From Octopus vulgaris (taxonomy: Eukaryota): a stretch of 64,000 nucleotides of DNA. Both the position numbers and the translations under genes were made by a program. The stretch spans positions 76,508,001 to 76,572,000 of the forward strand of contig OX597823.1 in the NCBI GenBank assembly GCA_951406725.2, read 5' to 3'. The notes under the pieces were generated by a model. It made no database searches and was not told the origin of the DNA. It worked only from the letters and a program-made list of their open reading frames with translations. Below are positions 38,293 to 51,489 of this stretch, one piece after another. How positions within the stretch are numbered: position 1 is the stretch's first letter; every line of letters begins with the position of its first letter.

Positions 38293-40375
38293 AAGATAAT
38301 TATATCTTTATTAACAAATTTTCCCCTGTGAATGTTTTCTCAAACTAGTTCGCTCATATTCAAAATTCACCAATCGTTAGCAGCACAGGCAAATATGAAA
38401 CTGCTATATTTTTAGCCGTTTTGTTCGTTTGGCAAAGAATGTGCTTGCATTTCTATATTGCAGTTATGCTGGATACTCTATTCCATATTCTACATAGATG
38501 AAACATAATTAATGTAACATAACGCATACAGCACTTTCTCTACACAATCAACCTCCGACACTAATGCTTTATAACAAGAATCATATAGAATACGTATGAA
38601 ACATAAATACAAACCAACAAAATAATGCTTCTCACACTGCATGTACTTTATACAACAGATGAAACACCAAAATAACATCAAAATCTTCAAAACAAATCCT
38701 ATAACAAAGCAGACTTGATGTAGGATACAAACACAATCTGACATTCCCAAAAGACAGCATTGCACAGTTCTTAAGGAAACATGGAATTGTAGTAGAAACT
38801 TGCATAAAACTGATGAAAGCATGATGATGGTGGAGGTGGAGGGGGGAAGCAGTTGTCATCGTGGTTGTCTTAGTTGTGGTGATGATGATGATGGTGATGG
38901 TGATGGTGAGGAGAAAAGAATAAGATTAGGATAAGTAGTAAAAGATAACAACAGAGAAAGAACTAGAAGGAAGAATAAAGAACGCAAAGCTATCCAAGGG
39001 TATGAAATGTCTATTCTAACAACATATCTTCTTTGTTACCGCTTTTCGAAAACCACTATAATAAAATTGTTAGCCTTTCTAATATCAATTTTTATCGCGC
39101 CTAAAGACAGATGGATATGATAATCAGGAAAAAATATTGTGATAAATGCTGTAAAGAGCAAAGGTCAGGATATAAAACCCAAACCACTAATCAAATTTTA
39201 GGCAGAAGTGAAAGGAAAAAAAAAGTTATTTGGCTAAGGAAATCTGCCTTGCTGGAACTATAGATATATCATACAGCATATCTCTATGAGAGTTTCATAT
39301 ATAGCTTAGACCAAGTTGCTTCGTATTATCTTACAACAAATCTGATATGAATGAAGGAAAGTATCAATACAAGCATGAATAGTTATTTAATACTCAGTTT
39401 ATTGCATAATATTTTACAGGATATTTTATGCATTCAGCAGACATTATAAAACCTCATAGCTAAGTCAATAAAGACACATTTTTTTGTTGTAGTTGTTGCT
39501 GATTTTTTTTTTTATTATTTTATATTTTTGTTATAATGTTGAAAAACAAAAAATGGTATTAATACATTTCTTTTATGATTCTTATTTTCAATATATGCGT
39601 ATGGAGAACAAAAATAATTGCAAAAGAATAGAAATGTAAATATAAAGCGGATACTGTGTGAAAGTATGAAAGATAAATACCCCGGTAAAACTTTTCACTA
39701 AAACTGCTATTTTATGTAATAAAATCTTGTATTGTCAGAATGGAAATTTTGGGTGAATACAGATTAAATAAATGAAATACAGATTGAGATTTCATAGAAA
39801 TTTCACTGGAAAGCGAGAAAATACAAATCATTTTTACAACTAGCAGTTTCACTGAAAATTAAGTTAATTTATTTTTTTTATTTTTTTATTTTATTTTATT
39901 TATTTTTTGTCAGAAGAATTATAGCAAAAACGAAAAAAACATCAAATGATGAAATGCAAATGTATTCCATTTGTTTAATAAGAAAATACTTTCATGAAGA
40001 GTGCAGCTGTAGATGACTGAGAAAATAGAAGCCAACGAGAGGGTCTCCATGTGATCCCTCAGCCTGCTAAAAACAGCAGCCAAACACCATTAAATCACAC
40101 AAAAGTCTTTGAAAATAAAGAGCAGGTTCATTGTCAATATAATGTCTAATATCCAAAAATGATAGGATGGTTATGGCTGGAACACCATTTACTATAAAAC
40201 TGTTCAAAAGGGCTGACACAAGGCTAAGCAACAACAGCAATAGAGTGACTGTGACAGAAGGGAATTGCTCAAGGGGTCAGTGATTAATATGTTGTCAAGC
40301 ATTAAGGCAGCAAGCTGGCAGAAATGTTAGTACTCCTAAATATGTAGTTATATATATATATATATATATATATAT

Positions 40376-40520
40376 TTAATCCAAACATGAAAACACAAAG
40401 AGAAAACACAACAATGAGAGGACATGGAACAAGTATAGTGTTATTAGACGCTCAGGAAAGGAAAGAAAGAAGGAGAGACGGAGGAAAAAAATTGCCAATG
40501 GTACACACGTGGTCACATTT
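40376..40520 (-). mobile_element. Short Penelope pLTR-like repeat, copy 3 (ribozyme core deleted)
   Basis: Matches both ends of 19701-19893, with an internal deletion spanning the core; flanked by (TA)n. Confidence 0.55.
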
Positions 40521-40541
40521 TATATATATATATATATATAT

Positions 40542-40867
40542 AGTGTAGGAAGAAATGGAGCTGAACGAAGATTTAACAAAATTCCTTTTTATTATTTTCT
40601 ACATATATTTCGAAGGCTGCAAAGTCCCTAATTCGGATTGAATAAGGAGTCCATTTTGCAGCCTTCTCATCAGGAAATCCAGGAACTTAATTCTCCAACA
40701 AAATGCACAGCAAGCTTTTTGACAAACGCTCACGAGGAGCCCATGAACTGCAAAATGGACTCCTTATTCAATCCGAATTAGGGACTTTGCAGCCTTTGAA
40801 ACATATGTAGAAAATAATAAAAAGGAATTTTGTTAAATCTTCGTTCAGCTCCATTTCTTCCTACACT
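40542..40867. repeat. Inverted repeat, 120-bp arms (40542-40661 / 40748-40867), 86-bp spacer
   Basis: Arms are reverse-complementary with 2 mismatches that I could see; contains the hammerhead. Confidence 0.92.
40596..40677 (-). ncRNA. Minimal type-I hammerhead ribozyme (Penelope/retrozyme type)
   Basis: Minus strand reads TTTC-CTGATGA-GAAGGCTGCAAA...TTTGCAGCCTTC-GAAA-TATATG-TA-GAAA. This gives an intact core, a perfect 12-bp stem II, a near-palindromic stem III (ACATATGT in the sister arm), a GUA triplet and a 4-bp stem I. Confidence 0.75.
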
Positions 40868-41019
40868 TAATATATAAAACTTCAAATTTCTGCACAAAGG
40901 CACGGATTTTATGCTCCATGGTCGTAACTTCAACCATGCTTTTTCTGTTGTGATTTTTGCTACCCAGGTATCGGTTATCATTTGAATTATCCGTAATAAG
41001 ATAATTCATTTATCTACTT

Positions 41020-41056
<37 letters not shown>

Positions 41057-41318
41057 GTGTATTTAGGAGTAGTTGTAATTTACTTATGGAATTTATTTAT
41101 TGATACAGTTGTACATTTGATAAAATGTGTTTGGAAGTTGTGGTTTCTTTGGTATGTTTGTTCTGAAACAACACTTATTTTAGTGCTGTTGACAATGCAG
41201 TATTAAATAGTACTGCTCAGGTGTCAAAACCATAATGATATCCGTGGGGCAAGCTGATGATGGAGATATGTTGGATTGTTGGTATGGGTGTGGAATAGTA
41301 TTATAGCACACCATTTTG

Positions 41319-41349
<31 letters not shown>

Positions 41350-41407
41350 TGTATGCATGCATGTATGTATTCATGTATGTATATATATAGATAGATAGAT
41401 AAATAGG

Positions 41408-41459
<52 letters not shown>

Positions 41460-41598
41460 GATATAGAGAGATAGATAGATAGATATATACATACATGTCC
41501 AGCCCATGCCAGCATGGAAAGTGAACGTTAAACGACGATGATATATATATATATATATATACATACACATATATACATATATATACACACACACACAC

Positions 41599-41629
<31 letters not shown>

Positions 41630-42177
41630 CACATATATATACATACATTTATATATATATATATATATATGCCCCAGCATGGCCACAGTTTTAGGGTTGA
41701 AATGTATATAAAAGAACATATATGGTGGGCTTTTATCAGCTTTGATCGACCAAATCCAATCACTTTGGTAAGCCTTGAGGTAACAATAGAAGGCTCTTGC
41801 TCAAGGTGCTATGCAGTGGAACTGAACCCAGAACCATGTGGTTGGGGAGTAAGCTTCTTATCAGACTGTAGAAAGAAAAAAACTGAATTGGGAATGAATG
41901 GAACATCTTTAACCACAGATCTTCCAGAATCATGCTAAGCTGGTGGTATGTAACAACAAAAATAATTACATCATCAACAGCACCGATATAATAATCATTT
42001 CCTTATCTTATGAAGCAGAGTTTGTCTGATGCTTTAAAATACTTACCACTGACCAATGTAGCTTTATTTCTTACTCCACCCTGTCTTGGAATTTTACCTC
42101 TACTATATCCGACATCTCTATCATCATTAACAATACCTACTTCTTCACCTCCATTCATTACAAACCCAGTCTTCCAC

Positions 42178-42478
42178 TTCTGTCTCAACTATATCTTGTC
42201 TTACCCAAGCAACCCAAATCAACTGAACCATTCTCACAATTTCTCTGTTTTCTTCTGTCTCAACTATATCTTGTCTTACCCAAGCAACCCAAATCAACTG
42301 AACCATTCTCACAATTCCTCTGTTTTCTTCTGTCTCAACTATATCTTGTCTTACCCAAGCAACCCAAATCAACTGAACCATTCTCACAATTCCTCTGTTT
42401 TCTTCTGTCTCAACTATATCTTGTCTTACCCAAGCGACCCAAATCTACTGTATCATTCTCACAATTCCTCTGTTTTCT
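42178..42478. repeat. Minisatellite, 75-bp unit x4
   Basis: TGTCTCAACTATATCTTG recurs at 42181, 42256, 42331 and 42406. Confidence 0.95.
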
Positions 42479-42702
42479 TGTACTCTGGACCTTGCACTCT
42501 GCCACACCTACACCACCATCTCCCCTTTCTTATCTTTTCTATGTGCACCTGCAAATCAGATTCCCCCAGTCCTTCACCTTCTACCTCACCAACCTCCCTT
42601 TGAAACAGATGCACATCTGCAACTTTTATATCCTAGTCTCTGACCTGATAATCACTCCAATCTTTTCCATACTATTTCTGTTTACCTTCAAATGAAATAA
42701 AT

Positions 42703-42831
42703 ATCTCTGCAACATCCCAGGAGGTCCATAGAACCCAACCACATACAAGGAAACACCTTTAAATGTACTTACTAAAAGTGTCTCATTGTATGTGGTTGGG
42801 TTCTATGGAGCTCCTGTGATGTTGCAGAGAT
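42703..42831. repeat. Inverted repeat, 54-bp arms (MITE-like hairpin)
   Basis: 42703-42756 versus 42778-42831, 4 mismatches. Confidence 0.85.
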
Positions 42832-42891
42832 TTCTGCAACATAAATGAATCACAGTACCACAATACCAGTGCTTTTCCTCAACTCTATTAA

Positions 42892-43112
42892 CCCTTTAGC
42901 ATTTAAAGTGACCATATTTGGCCCAGATATTCTAATTGCTTTATGTTGAAAGCAACCAGATCTGACTTGCCATACCTACTCAACACCATCATCTTCAAAA
43001 ATAAACAATCACATCATTGAAATTGCAAAGCTTCATGATAAGGAATGATTCATTTAAAACAATGTAAATAAATCAGCATTACATTTGTGAGAGTAATATG
43101 GATGCTAAAAGG
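42892..43112. mobile_element. piggyBac-type MITE
   Basis: TTAA|CCCTTTAGCAT...ATGCTAAAAGG|TTAA. Confidence 0.75.
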
Positions 43113-44101
43113 TTAATATTAATGTTGCTTCCTTTACAAACATTTTTTTAGCGCTCTTTACATCAGTATAGTGAGTCACCACTCCATATATAACCTTAGC
43201 AAACTCATTCATATTATTCTAGTATGTATGACAGGCTACCTGTCGCCACCACCACCGACAACAACAGCAACTTCAACATAATGGGGATAATCTGTTACCT
43301 ACTTATTGGTGGCTGTAGGAAATGGAAGAAAAATGTATGACATTCAGGCTCAGAACCATGGCACCAATGTGTTTAAATGAACATTTTCCCTTTTATTCTT
43401 TCACTCCCTCTTTGTACAGTAATCCCTGTATTACCCTTTAGCTTTCCTCTCACTTTCATTTTCCTTTCATCTCACTCTTGCTCTGTTTCTCTACTTTTTC
43501 TTTACCCTTTTCCTCTCTTTCTCTCTCTCTCACTACTTCCTGCATATGCATGCTTGTTCATGTTGCTTTTACGTTTGCTATCATATGCTGTTAGTTACTT
43601 TAATATAAGAGGAAGCAAAACTATTCATTTCATCCCTTTTTTTACTCCTCTGTCATCTCAACCCTGGAGAAGAACTTTGTCTGAAGCTTAGGAAATTCCA
43701 TTCCCCTTAGCAATATATAACTTTATTCCTTCTACAACATTTTCCAATAAATGCTTCTTGTATCCATTGGAAATTTATTCTTCATTCACTTAATGATAAA
43801 GAAATGGAAGCTGGACACCTTCTGCATAAATCAGGAAACATTATTTAGAAATACAGTTCTGTATGATGGGAAGTAGCAACAATTCTGTAAATTAAATAAT
43901 AATAATTTCAGACATAAGCACAAGGCCAGATATTTGTTGGGGGAGAACAGTTAGTTACACCAAGCTCATATTTAACTGGTACTTTATTTTACTGGTGTTC
44001 AAGGACTGAAAGGCAAAGATAAACTGGAACAAATATCACACGGTATTTTTCCTGATGCTCTATTGATTCTGCAAGGCCATTGACCTGTATCTGTAATAAA
44101 A

Positions 44102-44198
44102 CCCTTCAGTGTATAAACTGGCCATATCGAGCCCAAATATTCTACCTGTTTTACATTCAAACCAGCCAGATCTGGTATTTCACACCTACCCTACAATG

Positions 44199-44233
<35 letters not shown>

Positions 44234-44601
44234 GTTTAATGTCCGCTTTCCATGCTAGCATGGGTTGGACAATTTTGACTGAGGGCTGGCGAACCAGATG
44301 GCTGCACCAGGCTCCAATCTTGATCTGGCAGAGTTTCTACAACTGAATGCCCTTCCTAACGCCAACCACTCTGAGAGTGTAGTGGGTGCTTTTTACATGC
44401 CACCGGCACAGGGCCAGACAGGTGGTACTGGCAACGACCTCGCTCGAATCTTTTTACACATGCCAATGGCACAGGTACCAGTCTAAAGATAAACAATTTG
44501 CATCATTGAAATCTTGAAGCTATGAGATAATGCCTGATTAACTCAAAACAATGTGGATAAATAAGGATTACATTTGGCAGAGTAATCTGAATGCTAAAGG
44601 C
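44102..44601. mobile_element. piggyBac-type MITE interrupted by a SINE-C insertion
   Basis: Halves 44102-44200 and 44483-44601 align with 42892-43112. Confidence 0.55.
44198..44482 (-). mobile_element. Repeat family C inserted in a piggyBac MITE
   Basis: (CAT)n followed by the reverse complement of family C. Confidence 0.78.
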
Positions 44602-44729
44602 ACTGGTCTTGGAACAAAATTTGCATAATGGGTGCTAACCCAGGTTCAAATTTTTTCTTATGCAAAATGTGGATTTTTTCAATGTTAATATTCACATAAG
44701 TGAAAGTATAATAATAATTATTATTATTA

Positions 44730-45222
44730 CGTAGATTGGCTGAAATGTTCATAGGCTGAGCAAGGCACTTGCATGGAATGTGACTGAATGAAGTTCATTT
44801 TTTAACAGAGTTTCTCTAACTATCCACGCACTTCCATTAGTGCTTTGATCGTACTTGTGAAGAAAGTATCCTATTGGTCAAAATAGCCATGAACAACAGA
44901 TAAGACGTCATCCTCACAGTGATACTGGTGCCCAGCCAAGCGTTTTTCATGTTGGGAAGCAAATGATAATTAGAAGAAACCAAATCACTAACATAGGGAG
45001 TGTGATGAACCAGTTCAAAGCCAGTCATACACAGAAGCCATTGAAACCAAAGACCTGTGTGCTGAAGAATTGTCCTAATGAAACAAGACCCTATTCATCA
45101 GCTTTTTTCTGGGTGCTTGGTCTTGAGAGCCCTTCATAACTGTCAATGGAAATTTGGCATTGAACTTTCCAGTGACGGGGAGATCATTCTGAAGATAGTC
45201 AATAAACACAATATTTTTTGCC
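44730..45222 (-). mobile_element. Decayed mariner transposase 3' part (catalytic domain remnant)
   Basis: Minus-strand IVFIDYLQ...VLFH*DN...GFELVHHTPYVSDLVSSNYHLLPNMK matches the mariner HQDNA / HPPYSPDLAPSDY motifs. It ends at TA-CG, like a mariner TIR. Confidence 0.75.
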
Positions 45223-48200
45223 GTAATGTATAGTATATGTAATAATGTGAAGTATATTTTGTATATTAAAATGTTTAATTTCGGGAATATATCAAGCGAA
45301 GCAAACATAAACAGTATAAATACAAATTGCAACTACTTCGAAATGTAGGACACTACATGACAAAAACTAACAAAAAAGGAAGAAAAGAGTGGTGCTTGTG
45401 TTTCAAAGATACAATGAGAGGGCTCAGGAGAAGGACAGAAAGATGGGATAGAAGAGAAGAAAGGTAGAAAGAAAGAAAAGAAGAAATGAAAAGATAAGCT
45501 GGGGGTCTGAAGTGAATGCTTGGCAGGAGATGAAACAAAATACATGTCTAACCTATGCACTGGTCAAGTAGAAAAAGGATGAGTGATAAAAAAATTGGCT
45601 GGTCTTTTGGTACCAGAAATTGAAGAAAAAGAGACAGAGTGGAGTGGAGAATGTTGGTGAAGAGCAACTACAAAGTAAGAGGGAGGGTGGAGGAAAAAGG
45701 GAATAAAGATAGACAGTAGGTAGTTGACAGAGATGGACAGAGGAAGAAATGGAAGGTAATAAAGAGAGAAAGGCAGCAGATAAGTAGAGAGGCAGAGAGA
45801 AATAGATGGGGAAGTTTTTGTGCACAAGAGGAGATAGGAGATGAATAGAGAAACAAAGAGAATAGAGAGAAAATCTCGAACCAAATATTGAACATCATGT
45901 GAGATGCCACTGAGTGGGAATATAAATGGGGGGTGTGACATTACATTGACTAATAACCATAAAACATTGTACAGAAAGTCAACAAATATATATATATATG
46001 TATATATATATGATTATATATATGTGTGTGTGTGTATGTATGTATGTATATAGAACACCTAACATAGTAGGTGTTCTAACATCCTCTGTCTTATTTAATG
46101 ATAATTATAGTCTTCCTTTTTGGTGATACATTGCTAAACTGCTGCATAATTCAATTACATATATTTACACACACACACAATGGAATAGACAAACTGATTA
46201 AAAAATTGCACAGAAGGTAGCAATTTGAAAAATCAAATGCAAGTGGTGGGGAAGGGTGGTAGTAGCTACAGCAGCGTCGGCATAAGATGTGTGTTTTGGC
46301 ATTGGCTGGTGTTGCTTGTACGAATTACATGTTTTGTCTCAGGTAAATGAGTGAAATTGCAGTTACTGCATATGCATGGTCTCTAGCATTGAGAAAACTG
46401 ACATATTCTGGGGTATCATGTGTTTATAGATTTTACTTTATTTACAGTTGGCAGATTTATTAAGAAACTGTGGGATATACATCCAAATTCAGGTGGACAG
46501 TGGTGGGAAGAAAGGCGTGATAGTAGAAGTAGTTATGGTTGTAGCAGTAGAATATTATGGCAATGATGATGATGGGTCAGTTGTAGCATACAGAGAAAAT
46601 GAAGAATGTGGATAGCTGGACAGTGAAGGGCTTTTCATTGTGGAGTTTAATATGTCATCAATTGTGCTAGTTTTGAGGAGTGGATCTACTGCTGGTCATG
46701 CTGCTGTTGCCTTCTTCTTTCTTCTTCCAATCAGGACTCACACCACAAAGAATAATCTCTAATTCGAGCCTACTCTAAGCTTCTAAGAATGCATGTGGCA
46801 ACTTGAAGATCCACCCACCACACGCAATAGACTGACAGTTGCATGGGTATGAAAGCTACGGTGTTATCCTCATTCCGTAAATGGTAACTTTTAACGGGTG
46901 GAGAGCTGAACCATCCTGGGGTACAGTGGATTTGCAATCTAGACTAGGGTCAGAAAGATTACCACACCATAGTGGGTTACACCATGGTTCCTCTGCCTTG
47001 TGGCAGAAGTAGGAGCCTCATGAAGCTTAGGTGTTTTTGCTCAATTAACACTCACAATGCCCACTCTGGGAATAGAAACCATGTTCTTATGACTGCGAGT
47101 CTGCTGCCCTAACCACTGGGCCATTGCCCCTCCACTGCTGCTGTTGTTGTCATTGCAGCTGCTGCTCTTATTTGTATATACTTTTAATTTTAATGTCAAT
47201 GATGCTTTAGTTCAGTAGTATATGTTTCTCGAGAATTCCCTTTGGAATTTTATGACCAACTTCTCCAGTAAATATTTTAGACCTTTTTAAAATTCCTTTT
47301 TGTCTTTTGTTCTTGTTTTGAGAAGAAGCCTAACTTCAAGCAACTTTTTACAGATCAATTTTTAGACACTGTTTTCTAAACCCTGAAAAGTATGTAAGGG
47401 GATCCAAATTTTGATTTTTCACCCTTAAAAATTTCCTGGGCCCTTGGCTAAAGGGTTAAATAATGTTTCAACAACTTTTATTTCAACTCTTTCCATCAGG
47501 GCAGCTTGGGTAAAGATGGTGTGGTGGAAGTCCTACAAACTGTCTTTGGATACATTGCATAGAGATGAGGATTTTAGTTCTGCTCTGTCTCTGTCCTTGA
47601 ACTGAGAAGCAAAAGAACGAAAAGGTAAGGAGAGCAGACAAATTTTTGAGAAGAATAAACATTTGGTTGCAAATGAGAAATGTCCAGATTCATGAAAAAT
47701 TACACAAAAACAAAATAAATGTTAGAGGAAGTGAGGTCAAAAGATTAGTGAACTGGCAAACGAAAGCGAGAAGAATATCTCTTAAGTAGCATCTTCTTTT
47801 CGTTTTGGTCTTTCCTTACCTAGTTATAACTCATTGTTCTTCAATATATCATCATTGCAAACTATTGTTTATCTTATTCAAAAAGCTGCTGTTGAGGTCT
47901 TCAGGAAAAATGTTGAATTATGTTTATTTTCCCTTCTCCTGAATTGTAAGATATCTTTCACCATAATCAAAACTTTCTCTGTGAAATATTGATTCTTGTC
48001 TTAGAAAACACAGTATTGTATAATTCATTTATTTCCTTATCTATTAGATTTAGATTTGAGTGCTCCCACCTCATTTGTCCATTTTCTGAAAGAATTTCAA
48101 AAATATGTCTTCTAAGTAATTGTATAATATTGACCAACAAATTCTCTATGCTTGACCATTTTTCCTGTGTTAGATTACAAAAGGGAAGACTAATGACAAT

Positions 48201-48389
48201 TATAATACATAAATATGTTTGGCTATCTGACAATATATATATATTGAATATAGGAACGAGACATGAATAGCGTAAACCATGATAGCTTTATGGCTAATTT
48301 TTTTCTCTGTTGTGTTTTTATTGCAGTGATTAAACCTATGTTCTATCTTAATTTAACAATATACATACTTATATAGATATATAGAGACA

Positions 48390-48413
48390 GATAGATAGAT
48401 AGATATATAGATA

Positions 48414-48475
<62 letters not shown>

Positions 48476-48480
48476 TAGAT

Positions 48481-48572
<92 letters not shown>

Positions 48573-48663
48573 GAATGGATGGATAGATGGATGGATAGAT
48601 GGATAGATAGATAGATGGATGGATAGATGGATAGATAGATAGATAGATAGGTAGATAGATAGG

Positions 48664-48701
<38 letters not shown>

Positions 48702-48745
48702 TACAGATAGATAGAGAGAGAGAGAGAGAGATAGATAGATAGATC
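48390..48745. repeat. (TA)n/(GATA)n/(GATG)n microsatellite
   Basis: Read directly from the sequence. Confidence 0.93.
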
Positions 48746-49049
48746 ATATTTTATACTGCCAGGCTAATAAATCATATATACAAGTTAGAGAGTTTATTTA
48801 ATAAATGTCACTCTGATAGTGTAATAAGTAACATTTACAATATTAGTTAGTCTAAAAAGTTCACTTAAAATATTAATCTAAAATGTTTCTATTTACAATA
48901 ATCTGATAAACCTTAACCTTCTATTGATTTTTTTTTTAACTTATGGTCGACAAAGATAGTTTTTGTGGGAAAAGTGTAATGTATGCCTAGTACTTATGTT
49001 ATTGAATCTGAGACTGCGGAAAGGTAATGTTAGAATTGGTACTGTTTTT

Positions 49050-49430
49050 AATGCAGATTGTTGAGTGTATTATTGCAAATATGAGTGACCAAAATGGGGT
49101 TCCTTCAAAAGTCCTCTGCAGTATTGTTATCCCAGAGATTCTTCATTGGGTTTGAGGTTAGAAAATCTCTCCAGGGCAAGACACAACTTCTCTGCATTGA
49201 GAAGTCACAGTTCTCGTACTACGGTCATGTTATTAGAAAGTTATGGGATTCTTCTGGCCCAGCCAACTTGTAGAAGACCTAGGGGTAGACCTTGAATGAA
49301 ATGGTTGGATAATATCCATAATTTCAGTAGGTCATGCTTGGCAATCCAACCAGAAAGACCTTATAGAGGAGATGTCTAAAGCTTGTATCCCCCAAAACTC
49401 TCCCAGGAACTGTGAGTGAATAAAGATAGA
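49050..49430 (+). mobile_element. Decayed RTE-clade LINE 3' fragment
   Basis: MGFLQK...EVRKSLQ...IEKSQFSYYGHVIR followed by RPRGRP*MKWLDNI, typical of the post-RT region of RTE LINEs. Confidence 0.6.
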
Positions 49431-50433
49431 TAGTTGGCGAAACGAAGTGGATATATTATGGTATATTTAATCTCTAAACCATTTCAGCTGCCTTAATTAT
49501 ACATGTGTATATATATATATATGACCTTCGAATGTTGGGCCTCACAGAGGCAATGACAAAAGACTGATTAAGGTCTATTCTCCTTTCCCTTTTACATTTT
49601 TGCTCCTTAAGATTAAATCAGCTGTATTCAGACCTAGACCTCAAGAGATATGCTGTGACTGCGAAGACCTGACTAATGAAGTGGTATTTTTCTTTCAAAT
49701 ACCTCAATCCTAATAGCAGCCAAACTTCTCTCAATCAAGCCCCATTATCTAATGTGTCCTCCCTCAAATCCCATCTAGCTTTTAATACAGCTAGATAGGA
49801 TTTGAGGGAGAAATATCCACTATTTCTAGCATAGGCTTCTTTACCATGTAATGTCAATAATGGTAGTCATGTAATAACAATATGTTATTGCGGTGCACGA
49901 AAGGCAAGTTTGTTGAACACACAAGCTGCACGTGGTCCTTTACAAACACAAACATCTTTTTCCAAATGCCTCTGTCCCATCTTACTAATGTTAGAAAGCA
50001 CTTGATAAAAATATATCACCACAGCAAGCCTTGACAATACTTTGTGAGACAGTAACAAATGTTTGGTCAGCATAGATGAGTAAGCACAACAAACCTGACT
50101 TCTTCTAGATACAGTAATATTCATTAGTGTCCATGTAACCTTGAGCTATGAGATTTAATATTTTTGTACATGGCTGGAGTGAAGGTCTCATCTTTGCTGA
50201 GGTGTGGTGGCCCATGTGTCTCAATGATGCTGGGAGCTAAGCCAGTGAAGTGCAAGCTCTTGGTAAGAACAAGTAGAAACTAGGGTTTTCTACTAACTGC
50301 CTTCTAATTATTAGAAGACACTTGCTTCTACCATGTGGGACACATCAAAGGATAGGGGCCAGACTAATATGCACTGCTTCAACTCCTTCCAGAAGTAAAA
50401 ATGGATCTGTTTGGGGACAATACTCCTACCTGT

Positions 50434-50670
50434 GGAGGCACATGGCTAAGTGTTGGGCTCATAATCTTAAGATTGTGGCTTCGATTCTTTGACTGGAGGA
50501 CATGCTGTGTTCTTGAGCAAAACACTTCTTTTCATGTTGCTCCAGTCCATTCAGCTGGCAAAAATGAATAATCCTGTGATGGACCGGCGTCCTGTGCAGG
50601 GGAGGAATATGTATATGCCATGTACCTGAAAACCAGCCCCATGAATCTGTATGACTTGAGAAGGTAACTT
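50434..50670 (+). mobile_element. tRNA-derived SINE (family D-related)
   Basis: GGAGGCACATGGCT head and CCTGTGATGGACCGGCGTCCTGTGCAGGGG. Confidence 0.6.
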
Positions 50671-50876
50671 TGCTTTAATATCCTCACTTAGGAAAAAAAA
50701 TCATGCATCACTGTTAATCCAAACCAACAAGGCCAGGGGAAGAAAAGCCTTCCACCAAGAAAGCAGGATACTGAGACAGAGTTGATAAAACAAAAATTCA
50801 CTTGGAGGAGGAGCAGAAAACACAGCTTAGTGTCAGGGACAGTGGAGAAAAGTGATGGCTTTTCCTTCATAGGGAG

Positions 50877-51486
50877 TGTAAGGAATATGTGAATATCTCC
50901 TCTTGCACTTTTGGGGTGCAAGTTGGTGCAATCACTTTCTGTTGCTTTTATATCCAGACTCTACCAGTCAAAGAAACACAAAACGCAGACGTAAAAAATA
51001 GATATACTTTATTGTTTTATACCGGTGAGAAATCAGTGGTATATCTGATGTCCTTGGTTCTGGGCGCGCAAGGCTGAAAGTTAATCGATTGTAATATTTA
51101 CAATGTTCAGCCGCTAAAAACAGAACGGGTCAAAAATGGCGTCCGGAGGAAGAAGATGATTTGACTGCAACAATTCAGGTTAAAAGTCTTCGGCCAAAAG
51201 ACTGCTGCTATCAACCGGAGAGAGAGCGAATTAAACGTCTGCTTCTATGAAATGCCTGCCGCTGTCTGTCGGACGCTAATGGTCAACGCTTTACGCTCCC
51301 TTGCCTCTTTGTTAAGGCTCGCGCTCCCTTGCCTCTTTGTTAAGGCTCGCGCTCCCTTGCCTCTTTGTTAAGGCCACGCTCCCTTGCCTCTACAGCTAAG
51401 GCCACGTCAGCAAAATTCCCTCCTCCGGACTTCGTGTATTCGCGAGAGGGCGTTGCGCGCGCGCGCTGTTGTATAGGATCACTACA
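50877..51486 (-). repeat. 3' LTR (610 bp)
   Basis: Direct repeat of 56060-56645, preceded on the minus strand by the PPT. Contains 4 copies of the ~28-bp unit (51294-51404) and a minus-strand AATAAA at 51008-51013. Confidence 0.96.
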
Positions 51487-51489
51487 AAG

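Noticed and set aside
38490-38822. 110-aa Cys-rich ORF
   Set aside because: TG-rich strand bias explains the Cys/Val content; no motif spacing is recognised.
42178-42478. Regularly spaced repeats (also 17375-17437 and the LTR 28-mers) as a CRISPR-like array
   Set aside because: Head-to-tail tandem units with no unique spacers, eukaryotic context and no cas genes.
47967-48233. 88-aa ORF with hydrophobic N-terminus
   Set aside because: No recognisable domain or convincing splice structure; within the chance range for this much sequence.
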